Source: Vicugna vicugna (Eukaryota). From it: 64,000 nt of DNA. The position numbers were made by a program, and so were the translations under genes. The DNA lies in assembly GCA_013265495.1 (NCBI GenBank), contig MU058444.1, forward strand, positions 2,728,001 through 2,792,000. The letters are read 5' to 3'. Numbering within the stretch: the first letter of the stretch is position 1; every line of letters begins with the position of its first letter. Shown piece by piece: positions 37,701-50,087 of the stretch. The notes beneath the pieces are model-generated. The model did no database searches, was not told where the DNA came from, and saw only the letters and a list, made by a program, of their open reading frames with translations.

Positions 37701-40700
37701 ATCACGTTGATTTAACTGAAGCAGAGAGCCTGCTAGGAGCACAGATGGAAATAAAGTTCACTAGGATGAGATAGGGTGAGATGTTCTAATAGGAGGCCAA
37801 AGAAGCAAGGCCGAGAGACGTTGTAGGTTGAAAGTACGGTATTTTAGGTGACTGATAAATTAAGCTTCTCAGCAGTAGCTTCTTTACAGGTAGAATTTGT
37901 TTCGAATGATTTGTTCCAAATTGAGGAAATGTTAGGGAATTAGGGAAACTTTCTACCTTCTTATTAAAATGGCCTATAACTCAAAAATATGTATATACGT
38001 TTGATATTTTGATAAAATAGTTTCATACAATAATCGTGGAAGAAAAACAGTTGGAAGGCAGAACCTTCTGCTCTCGGTGTCATCCTAGTAGGCAGCAAAA
38101 CGGTTCCCAGCTTCCGAGGTTGATTTTGGCAGCAGTTCATCTTGAAGTACTTTTATCACTTGTTTCTTCTGGAAAGTGGAACAACCAAATTGTCATGCGG
38201 TTTTCTGAAGTGAATTTGGAATAATTAAGAGTTACTGACTTCAAATGGACAGCAAGCCCTTTTGAAAGCACACACCTAAGACTACTTACTGAGGCAGTGG
38301 TATATGGAAATCTATAGAGAAATCTATCACAGTGTGTTCCTGGCAAGAGATTTGAATCCAAATAGATTACTTTTAAATCTAGTAACTTTTATAAGGTGTC
38401 TAGATTTTCAAATCAGCAAGAGTTTCACAATATCGTATAATGACACTAAAACGTCTGTCTGCTTAAATATATGATTTCTTTGAGAGTAAATTCTGTAATA
38501 GGATGGGGATTAGATGGCAAGAGGGAGGGAAGTCAAAGGGATGCACTTTTGTCTGAGAGTTAACATTTTTATGTTTTAAACACGATAAGTTTAACATATG
38601 TTTTAAACCTGGGATTACGTGAAAAAACAATTGAACCATCTTTAAGTCAAACTGAGGTTTATGTTTTCGTTTTGATCAGTAGGGATTAATTTGGAAAGCA
38701 AAGAGTAATGAGCTGATACCATGTGTTAATTTCTGCTGAAGGGTTGACAGCTTAGCTGTAGGAAATGAGTTGGTATCAAAGAATTATGATCAAATAATTT
38801 CTCATTAACTTGGCAAGCATTTGCTTTAAACAGTCCTCCAGAACAATTACAATTACTTTATTGTTCTTAAGTTTGGCTTTAAACTGGAGAAACTAAATCT
38901 TCTAATTGCCAGGAGAAGAAAATGACAAAATATGTCAGTTAGGGATATTCAATTATTTTATATAAATACAAACCTATTTACTTTGAGGAGAACCCATTGC
39001 ACCTTTTAAAATGGCATCAGTCCACATCTTTCTTACAATTGCTTTCATTGAGCTAATGAACAGATATTTTTATTTTTGAAATACTGCATTTTTATTCTCC
39101 TTATTAATGGCCCTCCCTGCATAGGAGTAAATAAATCACTGGGCTGCTAGTAGTTCTAAGTGCTTTTCAAAGAGCATTTAAGTGCCTGTAATCGCTAAGC
39201 AAAGGAACACCATAGATTAAATGTGTTATAAACCACGCATGCAAGCAGTGTCTTTTTTTTTATTATTATCTGTAACTTTAATGGAAAGAAAATGTTAATT
39301 TAGGGTAATGAAACAGATCTCCAAGTATGATCAGTGAATAGACCATTAGGTTAATTAAAATGAGGATATGTATCACCGCTGTCCTGGAGCTCTCATTGTG
39401 GCAGACAGTTCATTTAGTGCTTGAATAGTAAAATTCAGAATGTGTCACTCCCACACTAGATTTACTACACAAAGGAACACGATTGATGACAAGGGTAATT
39501 CAGTTTTGTTTCATTTACTTTTACCTGCCACACTACTTGTCATTGTAGAGAGCTTGTCACATAAAGGTGAACATTTGTCCTGCCTTTTAAAAATCAGTTA
39601 AGTGGAAATTTTGTTACTCTCCTCTCTGTCTAGCATCCTACCTGAATTAAACACAAAAATGAGATTTCCGTTATAGGCAACGTATAGATTGTAGTATAAC
39701 TTTCAAAAAGTTAACAACTTTAAATTTATTAATTTGTAAAGATGCAGTTGAAACAATGGCTACAACTTTTTGGTTATTTGTTCTTTTCAGTGTCCGGTGT
39801 CCAACCCGGTTGGAAACTAATTTTGTATCGTTATCCACTTGGCCAATTTACTATTTGAATTTACTATGAAGGCTTTTTGATGTGTTTTGCTTCTTCCCTA
39901 TGATAAGTCTTAGTGTGGTGCCAACTGTAAGGTACCTTTTCAGTAAGTACTTCCTCTTTGATTTTTGAAAGGCTTGGCACGTGTTGAGACAGAAATTAAG
40001 TTCAGTATACTCTTGAGCTGCTCAGTTTCCCCCTGATAGGCCTAAGTAGCACATGAATTTCTACTCAGATCTTAGAGCTAGAATTACAGCAGATGGCACA
40101 GTAGTCATCCAGTGTGAGCATCACTGGTCGCTTTTTATGTGGGATCTGAAATACGAATGCGGGTGCTGAGTGATTTATAAAGTTAATGCTTTCCCCAGTG
40201 ATTTATCTGATCAATCGGTCAACCTAGTATTTACTGAATTCTAGGACTGAGTCCTGTATTGGAGTGGGTGCTTTCACGTGCTTAAGGCTTTCTTTGGGAG
40301 GTTACACGTGATCAGCGTGTGCTTATGAAAGAAGCACCTTCTCTCCTTAGCTTTATAAATAAGGACACTTTCTAGGAAGGTGACATTCTCTCTTTTTTTA
40401 GCATCTTGATTCTGGGAAATTCTTTTCTTATTTTTGCCTTGCTTCTCCATTTTCCTGAAATTTACCTAGGTGATATTTAGTAGGAGATAGTTGATGTGTT
40501 TATGTAAGTATATATATTTAATATTTTGATTATTTGTGAATAGTACCTTAACTAAACTTGATACAGGAAAAAACATTTAGTGATTATATTAAGAAGTGAA
40601 TCTTTATTCTGTGATTGGTTCACTGTAGAATTTTTCTGAGTAATTGCCTTAGAGCATCTGACAGGTTTCATTTGGTCCCACTTTTTTCCTTGAAGACTTA

Positions 40701-41479
40701 CAGAGCTTATGATGATTTGTTCATTCTGAGTGGGGCCGGAAAGCTGTCTGAAAAGCTCTGGGGCTTGGAGGCTCTCACCAGCATTCTCAGGAGCCCCGTG
40801 GTCTCTCCTGGCATGTCTGCTCCACTGTGAGAATTCTAACTACAGACTGTCTTCATCATCTTCTAGTTTGTCTCTCTTTTTTTGTGTCTCACAGCTTCTG
40901 CTTCCTCGTAATTTAGCTTTGGCTTGTCATCAGCGTCTTGGCTTCAGCCTTGGCATTTGTCATCCAGGGCACATCACGCAGTTCTTTTTCTCGGTTTATA
41001 TTCCTCAAGGAAATAATCTAATTGACATGTGTATTCTGGCTGATACAGAATAAGCAAATGCATGTTGAGGTGACAGATGATCCACGTGCCTTCTTGTTCG
41101 TGCTGTGTGTTGTCGTGGAATGGTGTGGGGCTCCAACCTGCACTGTTGGCGTTCAGGGACCCAGGCCGTGGGCATCGCTAGGAGCACAGTCAGAAACAGA
41201 GTGCCCAGGTGTGCACCAGCGCGTCCAGCTTTCACCCAGAGGTGACACACCACCCTGGCTCACATCTCACTGACCACAGCAAGCTCTCCACGGCTTTAGT
41301 GGAATGTGGACGTGCAGTCCGTCCAAGGCCCTGGAAGAGAACAGCACTAATGACCATTGCATTTGGCCCCTCCAGCTGCCGGCTGCTCACTCACTTTCCT
41401 TGCCACACGGAATACACTCTCTCTTGTCCTGGGAGACAGTCCACGTCCTTGGCTGTGTGGCTTCTCCAGACTGCCGGAG

Positions 41480-41610
41480 GCTAAGTGTCCTCTCCCCTCC
41501 CATGGGAAGGCCTCCATGTGACCTGCTTTGGCTGATGGAGCACATGCAGACATACTAATGCCAACTCGGGGCAGAAGCTTTCAGTGTGGCTTGTGTGATT
41601 GGGCTTGAAT
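41480..41610 (+). mobile_element. Old MaLR LTR fragment (MLT1H-J-like)
   Basis: ccatgtgacctgctttggctgatgga...gggcagaagcttt. Confidence 0.45.
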
Positions 41611-41859
41611 TCTGTCCAGAGAGGGAAGGAGCCTGTGCTGGCGGGAGAAGAGAGAGAACAACAGATGATCATAGTGTGCGTGTGTTTTAACATAAAAACG
41701 AGGTGAAGTATCCAGTTCACAAATAGGCAAGAAAAAGTACATGGCGTCTACACGTTTTGAGCACTGTAGGATAGGAGACAGGCTGATTTTCAGTCCCAGT
41801 GGTAAGGGTAAAACTGAGAAGGACAAAGATGAGTGAAAGCTCAGCTCTGTGGCCAGGAT

Positions 41860-42290
41860 CAGTCAGGAGTATGGGGTTAATGGAAGAACGAGGTGGAAGA
41901 GATGGCACGGGGCTCCCAAGACTCACACGATCTGGGCACTGTGCCACCCTCCTGTTCCCGCTCTCACATGGCTCACGTGGGGAGGGGCTGGCTGCTCTGT
42001 TGGGAGGACACTCAGGCTGCCCTCTGGAAGGGCCACGTGTGGCAGAACTGAGGCCTCCTGGCAGTGGGTAGGAGGCACTGAGGCCTCCTGCGAGTGCAGA
42101 CGACCCATCTTGGACACAGATCTCCAGCCCAGCCAGCCCCAGTCAAGTCCTAGGGTGAGTGCAGCTCACACCACGGGCTTGACTGCAACAGCGTGGGACC
42201 CGGAGCCAGAGCCTCCTGGCCGCAGCACGTCTGGACTCGTGGCCTCAGAAGCTGCGGGACGATCCATTCTAGATACAGCAGGGGATAAGT
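41860..42290 (+). mobile_element. MaLR solo LTR (MLT1E/F-like)
   Basis: ggccacgtgtggcagaactgaggcctcctg...ccatcttgga...gccccagtcaag...ttgactgcaac. Confidence 0.7.
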
Positions 42291-42639
42291 GATGCTTTGT
42301 GATATTTCTGAGTAGATGGAAATACCTTCTCAGTGACACCCAGTGTACCCTTTAAATATACAGTGTGTCCTGGGCAAAATGACTCAGAAAAAAGAGTTGG
42401 TACCTTATAATTTATGTTTCATTTGTTCTTGGGGTAAAACGATATTTTTTTTTTTACGTAAAACACTAAAAGGGGTACAGGAATTAAAAGTGTAGCCTAT
42501 TTTGGAAAAAAAAGGTATTAAGTGTTTTGCTTTATTCTTATCTGAAGTCTTTTTTTTTTTTAATTGTTGATAGTTTTTTGTTTCATGTTCTACCCGGGTG
42601 ATTTTCCAAATATTTCCTGACCTGGTATTTAAAACAGTT

Positions 42640-43128
42640 TGCATCAGGCTGGATTCTCCAGAATAACAGACCCAATAGAAGATAATATGGGGGGAGGGCA
42701 GGGCGGGAGAGAGAGAGCTTAAGGAATTGGCTCGCAGGATTGGGGAGGCTCTCAGTCTGAAATGAGTGGTGTGTGTGGGGAGGTGTGGTCAGCTGGCCAG
42801 CTGGAAACTCAGGTAAGGACCGAAGCTGTAGTCTTGAGTCTGAAGTATGTCGGCCAGGCCCCCATACTGGAAACTCTGGGCGCATCTCTAGGTTACCATC
42901 TCCAGGCAGAATACTTTCTTCTCCAGGAAACTTGTTTCTGCTCTTGGGACCTTCAGCTGACTGAATGAGGCTCACCCGTATTCTCAGGGGGTCATCTTGT
43001 CAAAGTCCACCGACTGGAACTGTTGACCACATCTACAAAGTGCCCGCACAGCGATGCCTACATTAGTGTTTGACCAAACAGCTGAGCAGCGTAGCCTCAC
43101 CAGGTTGACACGCAGAGTTAGTTACCCT
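42640..43128 (-). mobile_element. ERVL solo LTR (MLT2-like)
   Basis: ggattctccagaataacagacccaatag...taaggaattggctcgcaggatt...ttagtgtttgaccaaaca...ggttgacac is the reverse complement of an MLT2 LTR. Confidence 0.85.
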
Positions 43129-43289
43129 AGAGGTGAGCGGGGCGGGAGGCGGGGTGAGGCGCATCTCTCGTGTTTCTTGCCCCGTGGCAGGGGGCAGCAA
43201 CGTGTAGACCAGTGGGAACAGCATTTGTTGCGGTCTCCAAACTGGGGGCTCTGTTTCTCAGATTTACATTTAAAGAAAAGGTATATTTT

Positions 43290-44384
43290 CAATGTCTATG
43301 AGTCTGTTTCTGATTTGTATTTATGTTTTTTTGTTTTGTTTTGTTTTTTGTTTTTAGATTCCACACATGAGCGATCTCATATGGCATTTTTCTTTCTCTT
43401 TCTGGCTTACTTCACTTAGAATGACATTCTCCAGGAACATCCATGTTGCTGCAAATGATGTTACGTTGTTGGTTTTTATGGCTGAGTAGTATTCCATTGT
43501 ATGAATATACCCCATCTTCTTTATCCAGTCATGTGTTGATGGACATTTAGGCTGTTTCCATGTCTTGGCTATTGTAAATAGTGCTGCTGTGAACATTGGG
43601 GTGCAGGTGTCATCCTGAAGTAGGGTTCCTTCTGGATATATGCCCAGGAGCAGGATTCCTGGGTCACACGGTAAGTCTATTCCTAGTCTTTTGAGGAATC
43701 TCCATACTGTTTTCCACAGTGGCTGCAGCAAACTGCATTCCCACCAGCAGTATAGGAGGATTCCCTTTTCTCCACAGCCTCTCCAGCATTTGTCATTTGT
43801 GGATTTATGAATGATGGCCATTCTGACTGGTGTTAGTTGATACCTCATCGTAGTAGTTTTGATTTTCATTTCTCTGATAATTAGTGATATTGAGCATTTT
43901 TTCATGTGCCTTTTGATCATTTGTATGTCTTCCTTGGAGAATTGCTTGTTTAGGACTTCTGCCCATTTTTGGATTGGGGTGTTTTATTTTTTTCTAATTA
44001 AGTCGTATGAGCTGCTTTTATACTTTGGAAATCAAGCCTTTGTTGGTTTCATTTGCAAAAATTTTCTCCCATTTTGTAGGTTGTTGTTTTGTTTTACTTA
44101 TGGTTTCCTTTGCTGTGCAGCAGCTTGTGGTTGCCAAGGGGGCGAGGGTGGAAAGGGACAGATTGGGATTTCAAAATGTAGAATAGATAAACAAAATTAT
44201 ACTGTATAGCACAGGAAAATATATACAAGATCTTACAGTAGCTCACAGAGAAAAAAATGTGACAATGAATATATATATATATGTTCATGTATAACTGAAA
44301 AATTGTGCTCTTCACTGGAATTTGACACAACATTGTAAAATGATTATAACTCAATTAAAAAATGTTAAAAAAAACTAAAAAAAA
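43290..44384 (+). mobile_element. LINE-1 insertion with 5' inversion (twin priming): inverted ORF2-end/3'UTR segment 43290-44128 (-) joined to sense 3'UTR + poly(A) 44124-44384 (+)
   Basis: Both segments closely match the L1 at 25075-27758, in opposite orientations. 18-bp TSD with 2 mismatches: aaagaaaaggtatatttt (43272-43289) / aaagagaaggtacatttt (44385-44402). Confidence 0.92.
43354..43920 (-). pseudogene. C-terminal L1 ORF2 remnant (188 aa) inside the inverted segment
   Basis: Near-identical to the C-terminus of the 797-aa ORF. The knuckle His is replaced by Tyr ([18 protein letters not shown]) and there is one extra Thr codon. Confidence 0.9.
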
Positions 44385-46311
44385 AAAGAGAAGGTACATT
44401 TTGTTCAGAATTAGAGCTAAAAGGAGCTTGTTAGATATCAGAGGGTGGATGGGTCTAGAAAAAGCTTTTCTGCTGCTGGTCACCTGCCACCCCTGGAGAA
44501 GTCAGGGGCGTGTTATGCTTGCTGGAGTGCTTACTTTAGTGATGGTTTACTCTGGGCCCTTGCTGAGCCTTCACAGGTGTTCAGAAATGGGCCCAAGCTC
44601 GGTACGCCTCCCCCGTGAGCATCCAGCAGTCTCTGCGGTTTCTCAGACGACTGTACTTGTGAAAACCACCCGGAGGACACTCTTCTGTAATGTTGAAGTT
44701 CTGTCTTCTTTAGCAGATTAAATATTATATCTACCGGACTTTAAACCTCTGTCATTTTAAAGAGTGCCTTTTAAGAGTCTGCTGATTCCAGTCTTTTGAT
44801 AGGCTTGGCTTATGGCTGTCAGCTTGGTTTTGCTTTTTTTTTTTTAATGCTTTGAACTTTAAGGTTGTCTTCTAGGTATAACCTTTGAGATCTCTCTGTG
44901 CGTTTATTGCAGAAGTAGCATTATTAATTTTTATAAGATTGCTTCTAAGCTGTGTTTTCCTTGCTCTTGGATTTTTTCCCAATGAAGAATGCAGAAGGTC
45001 TCCTTAACCAGGTTTTATTGGGGGTAAGATCAGCTTTATGAAGCCTGACGACTTCTTATTCTGAGTTTTACCCGAGCAATGTTCCAACTCAGCCGAGTGG
45101 CTCTCTCGTCAGCGCCTTTATTGATTAATGACACGGGTAAGAAGAATGTCCCTCGTTGCTGCAGGATTAGAATCAAGGAAGCTGGGAGTCCCTCATCTGA
45201 CGACAGGTGAAAGTCACTATTTAAGGATGACATGATCCATGAAAGAAAGAGAGGGAGAAGTCAGGGTTAGTTAAGCAACGTGGAGGGAGAACGGAGAAGG
45301 CTCCGGTAGGGATGGGGTTTTTGAAAATAACTTGTGGGAGGGGGAGGGGGAGCCGTCTGGGCTGCCTGCTAATGGGGCACAAAACCCTTGGGACGTATGT
45401 GGCTCTGCTGCCTTAGGGGAAGGCTGAACTTTGCTGCGGACCATCTGCTTGTGCGGCTGTTGGAGAGGTGGCCCGCTTCCTGCCCCCGGCCCCACGGCCT
45501 GCCTGGCTTGCCCCGTCTCTCTCAGGTGGATAACCTTGTAGTTCAGGACTTCCGAGGGCACCGCAGTGAGTGCTAAATCATCTTCGCTCTGGCAGCTTCT
45601 GGCAGCAGACGCTTCTGGCAGACAGACGTGCACGTTCATTCTCAGTGTGCCTGTGTGGGGCCGCTTCTTGACCCGATAGTGAAGTCAGGGTAAGCCAGCT
45701 TTTAGAGGGGGAGGAATGCTGGAAATCAAGAGGGCTGTTGAGGTTCTCTTCCGCTAATCGTGATCACCTTTGGTTAATTTTTTTTTAACTTTAGGTTAAT
45801 TTTGAGGGTATATGCCTTTACTAAGGTAACAGAGAGTTCGTGCAAAAAGAATTTGTATATACAAGAGTTGGCGTGTCTTAGACACAGTCAGTGCCGCTTT
45901 TCTCTCCTCATGGCACTGAAGTAGCCGTTCTGGAATAGCACGCACGTAAAATGATGGCAAGTGAAATCAATCTCCATAGACCAGTACCTGGAAAATAAGA
46001 AAAGCTACCTGAGGAATTAAAGCGTTACGGAATGAAAACGTCTGCCATGAAAGACAAGCTGTAGTGCAGGGTTGGAGAGCGTGGGCTCTGGCCCAGACCG
46101 CGTGGGTTCAGATCCCTGTTTCGTGTCGCTTTCTGCGGTGGTGGCCGGAATAGCAGGAGAGTTGTAAGCAGCGGTGTTAGTAAGAGGTGCCTGACTGAAG
46201 GCCTGCTCGCTGCACGTTGGTTGGTCCTGCTGGTGGCGGTAAAGGTGATGCTCCCATTCTCCTTGCCCGAGTAAGTCAAGACAGATGCCGAAGCTGGATC
46301 TCTTAGAAGCT

Positions 46312-46480
46312 GAGGCTGCCGTAACAGATCCAGAGATGGGGAGGCTTGGACAGCAAACATGAGGTTTCTCACAGACTTGTAGGCTGGGACGTCCAGAATG
46401 GAAGTGTGGGCCAGCTCGGTTCCCAAGGAGGCCCCTTCCCTGGCTTGCGGTCAGGCGGGGAGATGGATGTGCTCTCTTCT
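46312..46480 (-). mobile_element. MaLR LTR fragment (MLT1A-like)
   Basis: ggctgccgtaacaga...tttctcacag...aggctgggacgtccaga...ttccctggcttgc. Confidence 0.65.
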
Positions 46481-46499
46481 TAGACAGCCTGTGTCATAT

Positions 46500-46752
46500 A
46501 TTAGATTCCACATGTAAGTGAGAATCATATGATGTCTTTCTCTGACTTGCTTCACTTAGTATGATAATCTCTAGGTCCATCCATGTTGCTGCAAATGGCA
46601 TTATTTCATTCTTTTTTATGACTAATACTTCATTTTACATATATGTATATATACACGTACATATTTCTGTATCTATATCCCACAACTTCTTTATCCAGTC
46701 ATCTCTCAATGGACGTTTAGGTTGCTTCCATGTCTTGGCTGTCATAAATAGT
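46500..46752 (-). mobile_element. LINE-1 ORF2-end/3'UTR fragment
   Basis: ttagattccacatgtaagtg...ccatgttgctgcaaatggc. Translation includes [20 protein letters not shown]. Confidence 0.85.
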
Positions 46753-47191
46753 AAAAACACGTATCTTATTAGCAGGTTATTTTTCCTGCTGGAGTTGACA
46801 GGTTGGAGTCTGTTGCTTACAACCTTGTACTCTAATGGATGACACAACACACATCTGTTGAGTGATGATTATGGGTGGAGTCTAGTAGAATCGGCTTTCT
46901 TTTTAGGGGGTATTTATAGAACCATTTCCTCCTTCATGGCTGGGGCCAAAGCACACATTACTTTTACTGAAATGCTGAACTCACTGGCTCCCATTTCTTT
47001 CGGATTTACGGCTTGGTTCAAGACCTCAGGTTGGACTCCCGGCCTGTGGCAGTGTTTGATCACGAACTACAGCCGAGCCTCCCTGGGGTGGGGGGGTTCT
47101 GAGGGAGGCTTCTTGTGTGGGGACATCTGGGGTGCAGGGTCCCCACCCATGTGCATCACTGGTCGTGGGTGTCCCGCTCTCCCTTTCCCTG

Positions 47192-47417
47192 CAGCACCCC
47201 CTGCTCGGGAGCACGGTCAGCCCCACCCCTGCTCGGGAGCATGTGCAGCTCCCACCCCTGCTCGGGAGCACTGCGCAGCCCCACCCCTGCTCGGGAGCAT
47301 GTGCAGCTCCCACCCCTGCTCGGGAGCACAGCGCAGCCCCACCCCTGCTCGGGAGCACAGCGCAGTGCCTCCTGCTCGGGAGCATGGTCAGCCCCACCCC
47401 TGCTCCAGAGCATGCTG
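47192..47417. repeat. GC-rich minisatellite, 8 units of ~26-30 bp, core CAGCCCCACCCCTGCTCGGGAGCA
   Basis: Read directly from the sequence. Internal 28/30-bp units alternate (58-bp period). Confidence 0.95.
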
Positions 47418-50043
47418 CCTCCAGCTGGTTAGTGCTCAGTCCCAGGGAGCCTACACTTTCACACGGGGAAATGTCACCCAGGGTGGACGGTGGGTGTTTT
47501 CACAGCAGGCAGACTCACCACCCTCTGTCTGAAAACACTCCTGAATCACATTCGTGGTTTTTGTCACCGTCACAATGAGCACGGAGAGTGACACTGAAAC
47601 CTGGGAAAACTTACCTCCTGATACTGACTGTTAATGTGAAAAACTTGAAAAAGCTCACATCACCGTGACCTGCGATGATGTGAATTCTCTCATCAGAGCA
47701 TCCAGAGCAGTCAAATATTTGAGTTACTGACTTTTGGAGAACCGAGCTGTTTTATATGCAAGATATGAAAATAGAGTTTTCGTCCTTGATTCAGAATAAG
47801 CACCAAGAGCCAGGGTCCTCTGCCGGAGACTGGAGTTTCTGTGGAGTATTTTAAACAAATATTAACAGAGGGGATACTCGGTTTTAAGTGCGTTTACAGC
47901 TGTGTGTTTAAAACGTATTAATTTGTATTTACATATTCTGTTTTGATCGTAGTATTAACCTGTTAATGAACATATACTGTTACTAGGACCCTAGCAAAGT
48001 GTCTTAAATCTGACAATGACTCCAGCTGCACAGGATTATAAACTCCCCTGCCCACATTTGAACATACATACTTCTTTCTGTACACTCTTCTAAATTTGCT
48101 CTTCTGTAAAATTATCCATCAGGAACTTTATCTGTCGATTTCTGGTACATTAGACGCTAGAAATTCAGTAGGTTGAGTCACCCTGACCTGGTAGGGAAGG
48201 CATTTCCTTTTAACTTAAGCTCACCCTTCAGAAACATAGGTTATCTGTTGGACAAATAGTGTTCAGAAAATTCTACTTCCTAAAACAATAATGTGGGTGG
48301 ATTTTAATTTGAACATTCTGGCATTTTCTCAGAAATGCTTTGCATTTTCCCTTAATCTTTTCAGTCTTACAAATATCTGAAAGCACTTTTATTCCCTCCC
48401 TCTGGATAACCCTCTTGTCCCGGCTGCCTCCTCTTGTCTGTGGTGCTGTGTTCTGCAGCTGGCTCCTCGTTTAAATCCCATCACCAATTAGTTGGCTTGG
48501 GTTTTTAGTGCGCTAATTGCTTCAAGTAAGATATGAGGGAAAATTTCTTTTTTTCTGGGTTTTTTTTTTGGCAGAGGGTAGTGTTCAGGTGATTTCTGAC
48601 AAAGCTTAAGCCTGGAGCATCGCTGCTTTGGTAGAGTGATGTGTAGAGGGTAAATGTGAATCACTGTATTTCAGAATGACTTTGGAAACCTGAGATCGCA
48701 GAATTCCGCTTTGATCTTTAAATGCCAGTGAGAATTTGTGCTGGAAAAGGTATTTATTCAATAACTGCATGTAGCCTACTGGCTAGTGGCTATTAATTGT
48801 AGTTTGGTGGGATTAAATTACCTTGTTCCCTCAAAGTCTTACAGATTTCAGTCACAGTGAGCTTTAGTTATAATCTGTTGTTTCGTGCTTTCATTTTTAT
48901 GGTTCAAATAGCGCCTGGGTTCTGGATTTTCATGAAGACCTGGTATCTTCCGGGGTCAGCCACAGAGATGAGTAAAACCATGTACTTAATTCTGCGTGAT
49001 CAGAATCTAATTCTCTCTGCTCAGTTTTTGTGAAAGTATTGATGGGAAATTATAATTGTGTTGGTCCCATGTGACACAGATTTATAGTGTGAGATAATAG
49101 CTTTTTCTCCCCCCCTTTAAAATCCAGAGTCTAGTTTTTCTAGTCCCTTGGAATTTTAGATCTTGCCTTTCTCCAGGGAGCACCTGCTTTGGATGGTGAA
49201 ATGAGGTGTGAGCACATGGTAGGGACACCAGGACACTAAACGAATGGTAGAGGAGAGGCTGAGGCAGGAGGGGGAGCTGAGCCTCGGGTGGGGGAGTCAC
49301 AGGCTGGGGGACAGAAAGGTGGGTGGGGCTGGAAGAGGTCGCCTGGAGACAGGGAGGAGGAGGCTGGAGAGAGAATCTAACAAGAAGTCAGCGGTGAAAA
49401 AAAGAATGGAGGTAGAATGTGTTCAAGGTAAGGCAGAAACAGTATGAAAGAGCGGTTAAAGGAGAGTGGGAGGTATGGAATAGGGAAGTGAGAAAGGCAG
49501 GTTGGAGGGATGGGGAGGGAGGAAGAGACTGATACCCTGTCTAGAGGTCTGCTGAAGTGGGTGGTGGTCCCTGCCAACGGCTGTGCTTCTCTGCGTGGAA
49601 GGTGGGACCTCAGCAGTGCAGGGCGGGTCAGTGGTGTGGTTAGTGCCTCACGGCTCCTAAAGGAGCCCGGAGAAACAGTGACAGGCATCCTTCCATGTTT
49701 GCAAGGGCTTGTAAGGTTAAACTGAACTAGGTGAGTCACCAAGTCACCTTTTTTGCCTTGGAAGAAACTAAGCGTAACACTTCAGTAAGAGACTTGCTTT
49801 GTGTGATGATGTTTATTCCATACATGAAAACTTGAATTTCCCATATTTCATCCAAGATATGAGAGAAAGGAAAACTTAAGGCAAACCGTTGAAAAGATGT
49901 AAGTTATAATAAAGCAGCTTTTGGTAGCGTTTAGGACAAGAGCACTTGTTCCAGGACGCTCTGTTTTTCTGGAGGACCTGTGAACAAGACCCGTCTTAAG
50001 CTGGAGTTATTCTGGAGTCAGTTACCAGTTAGATGGCATTGTT

Positions 50044-50087
50044 GGATGGGATAGGATAGATGGATGGATGGATGGATGGATGGATGG
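50044..50087. repeat. (GGAT)n tetranucleotide microsatellite
   Basis: Direct. Confidence 0.9.

Noticed and set aside
47192..47417. CRISPR-like array of palindromic repeats
   Set aside because: No unique spacers, no cas genes, mammalian context. It is a minisatellite.
46858..47578. Overlapping ORFs of 85-224 aa
   Set aside because: Open frames arise from the stop-free GC-rich tandem repeat.
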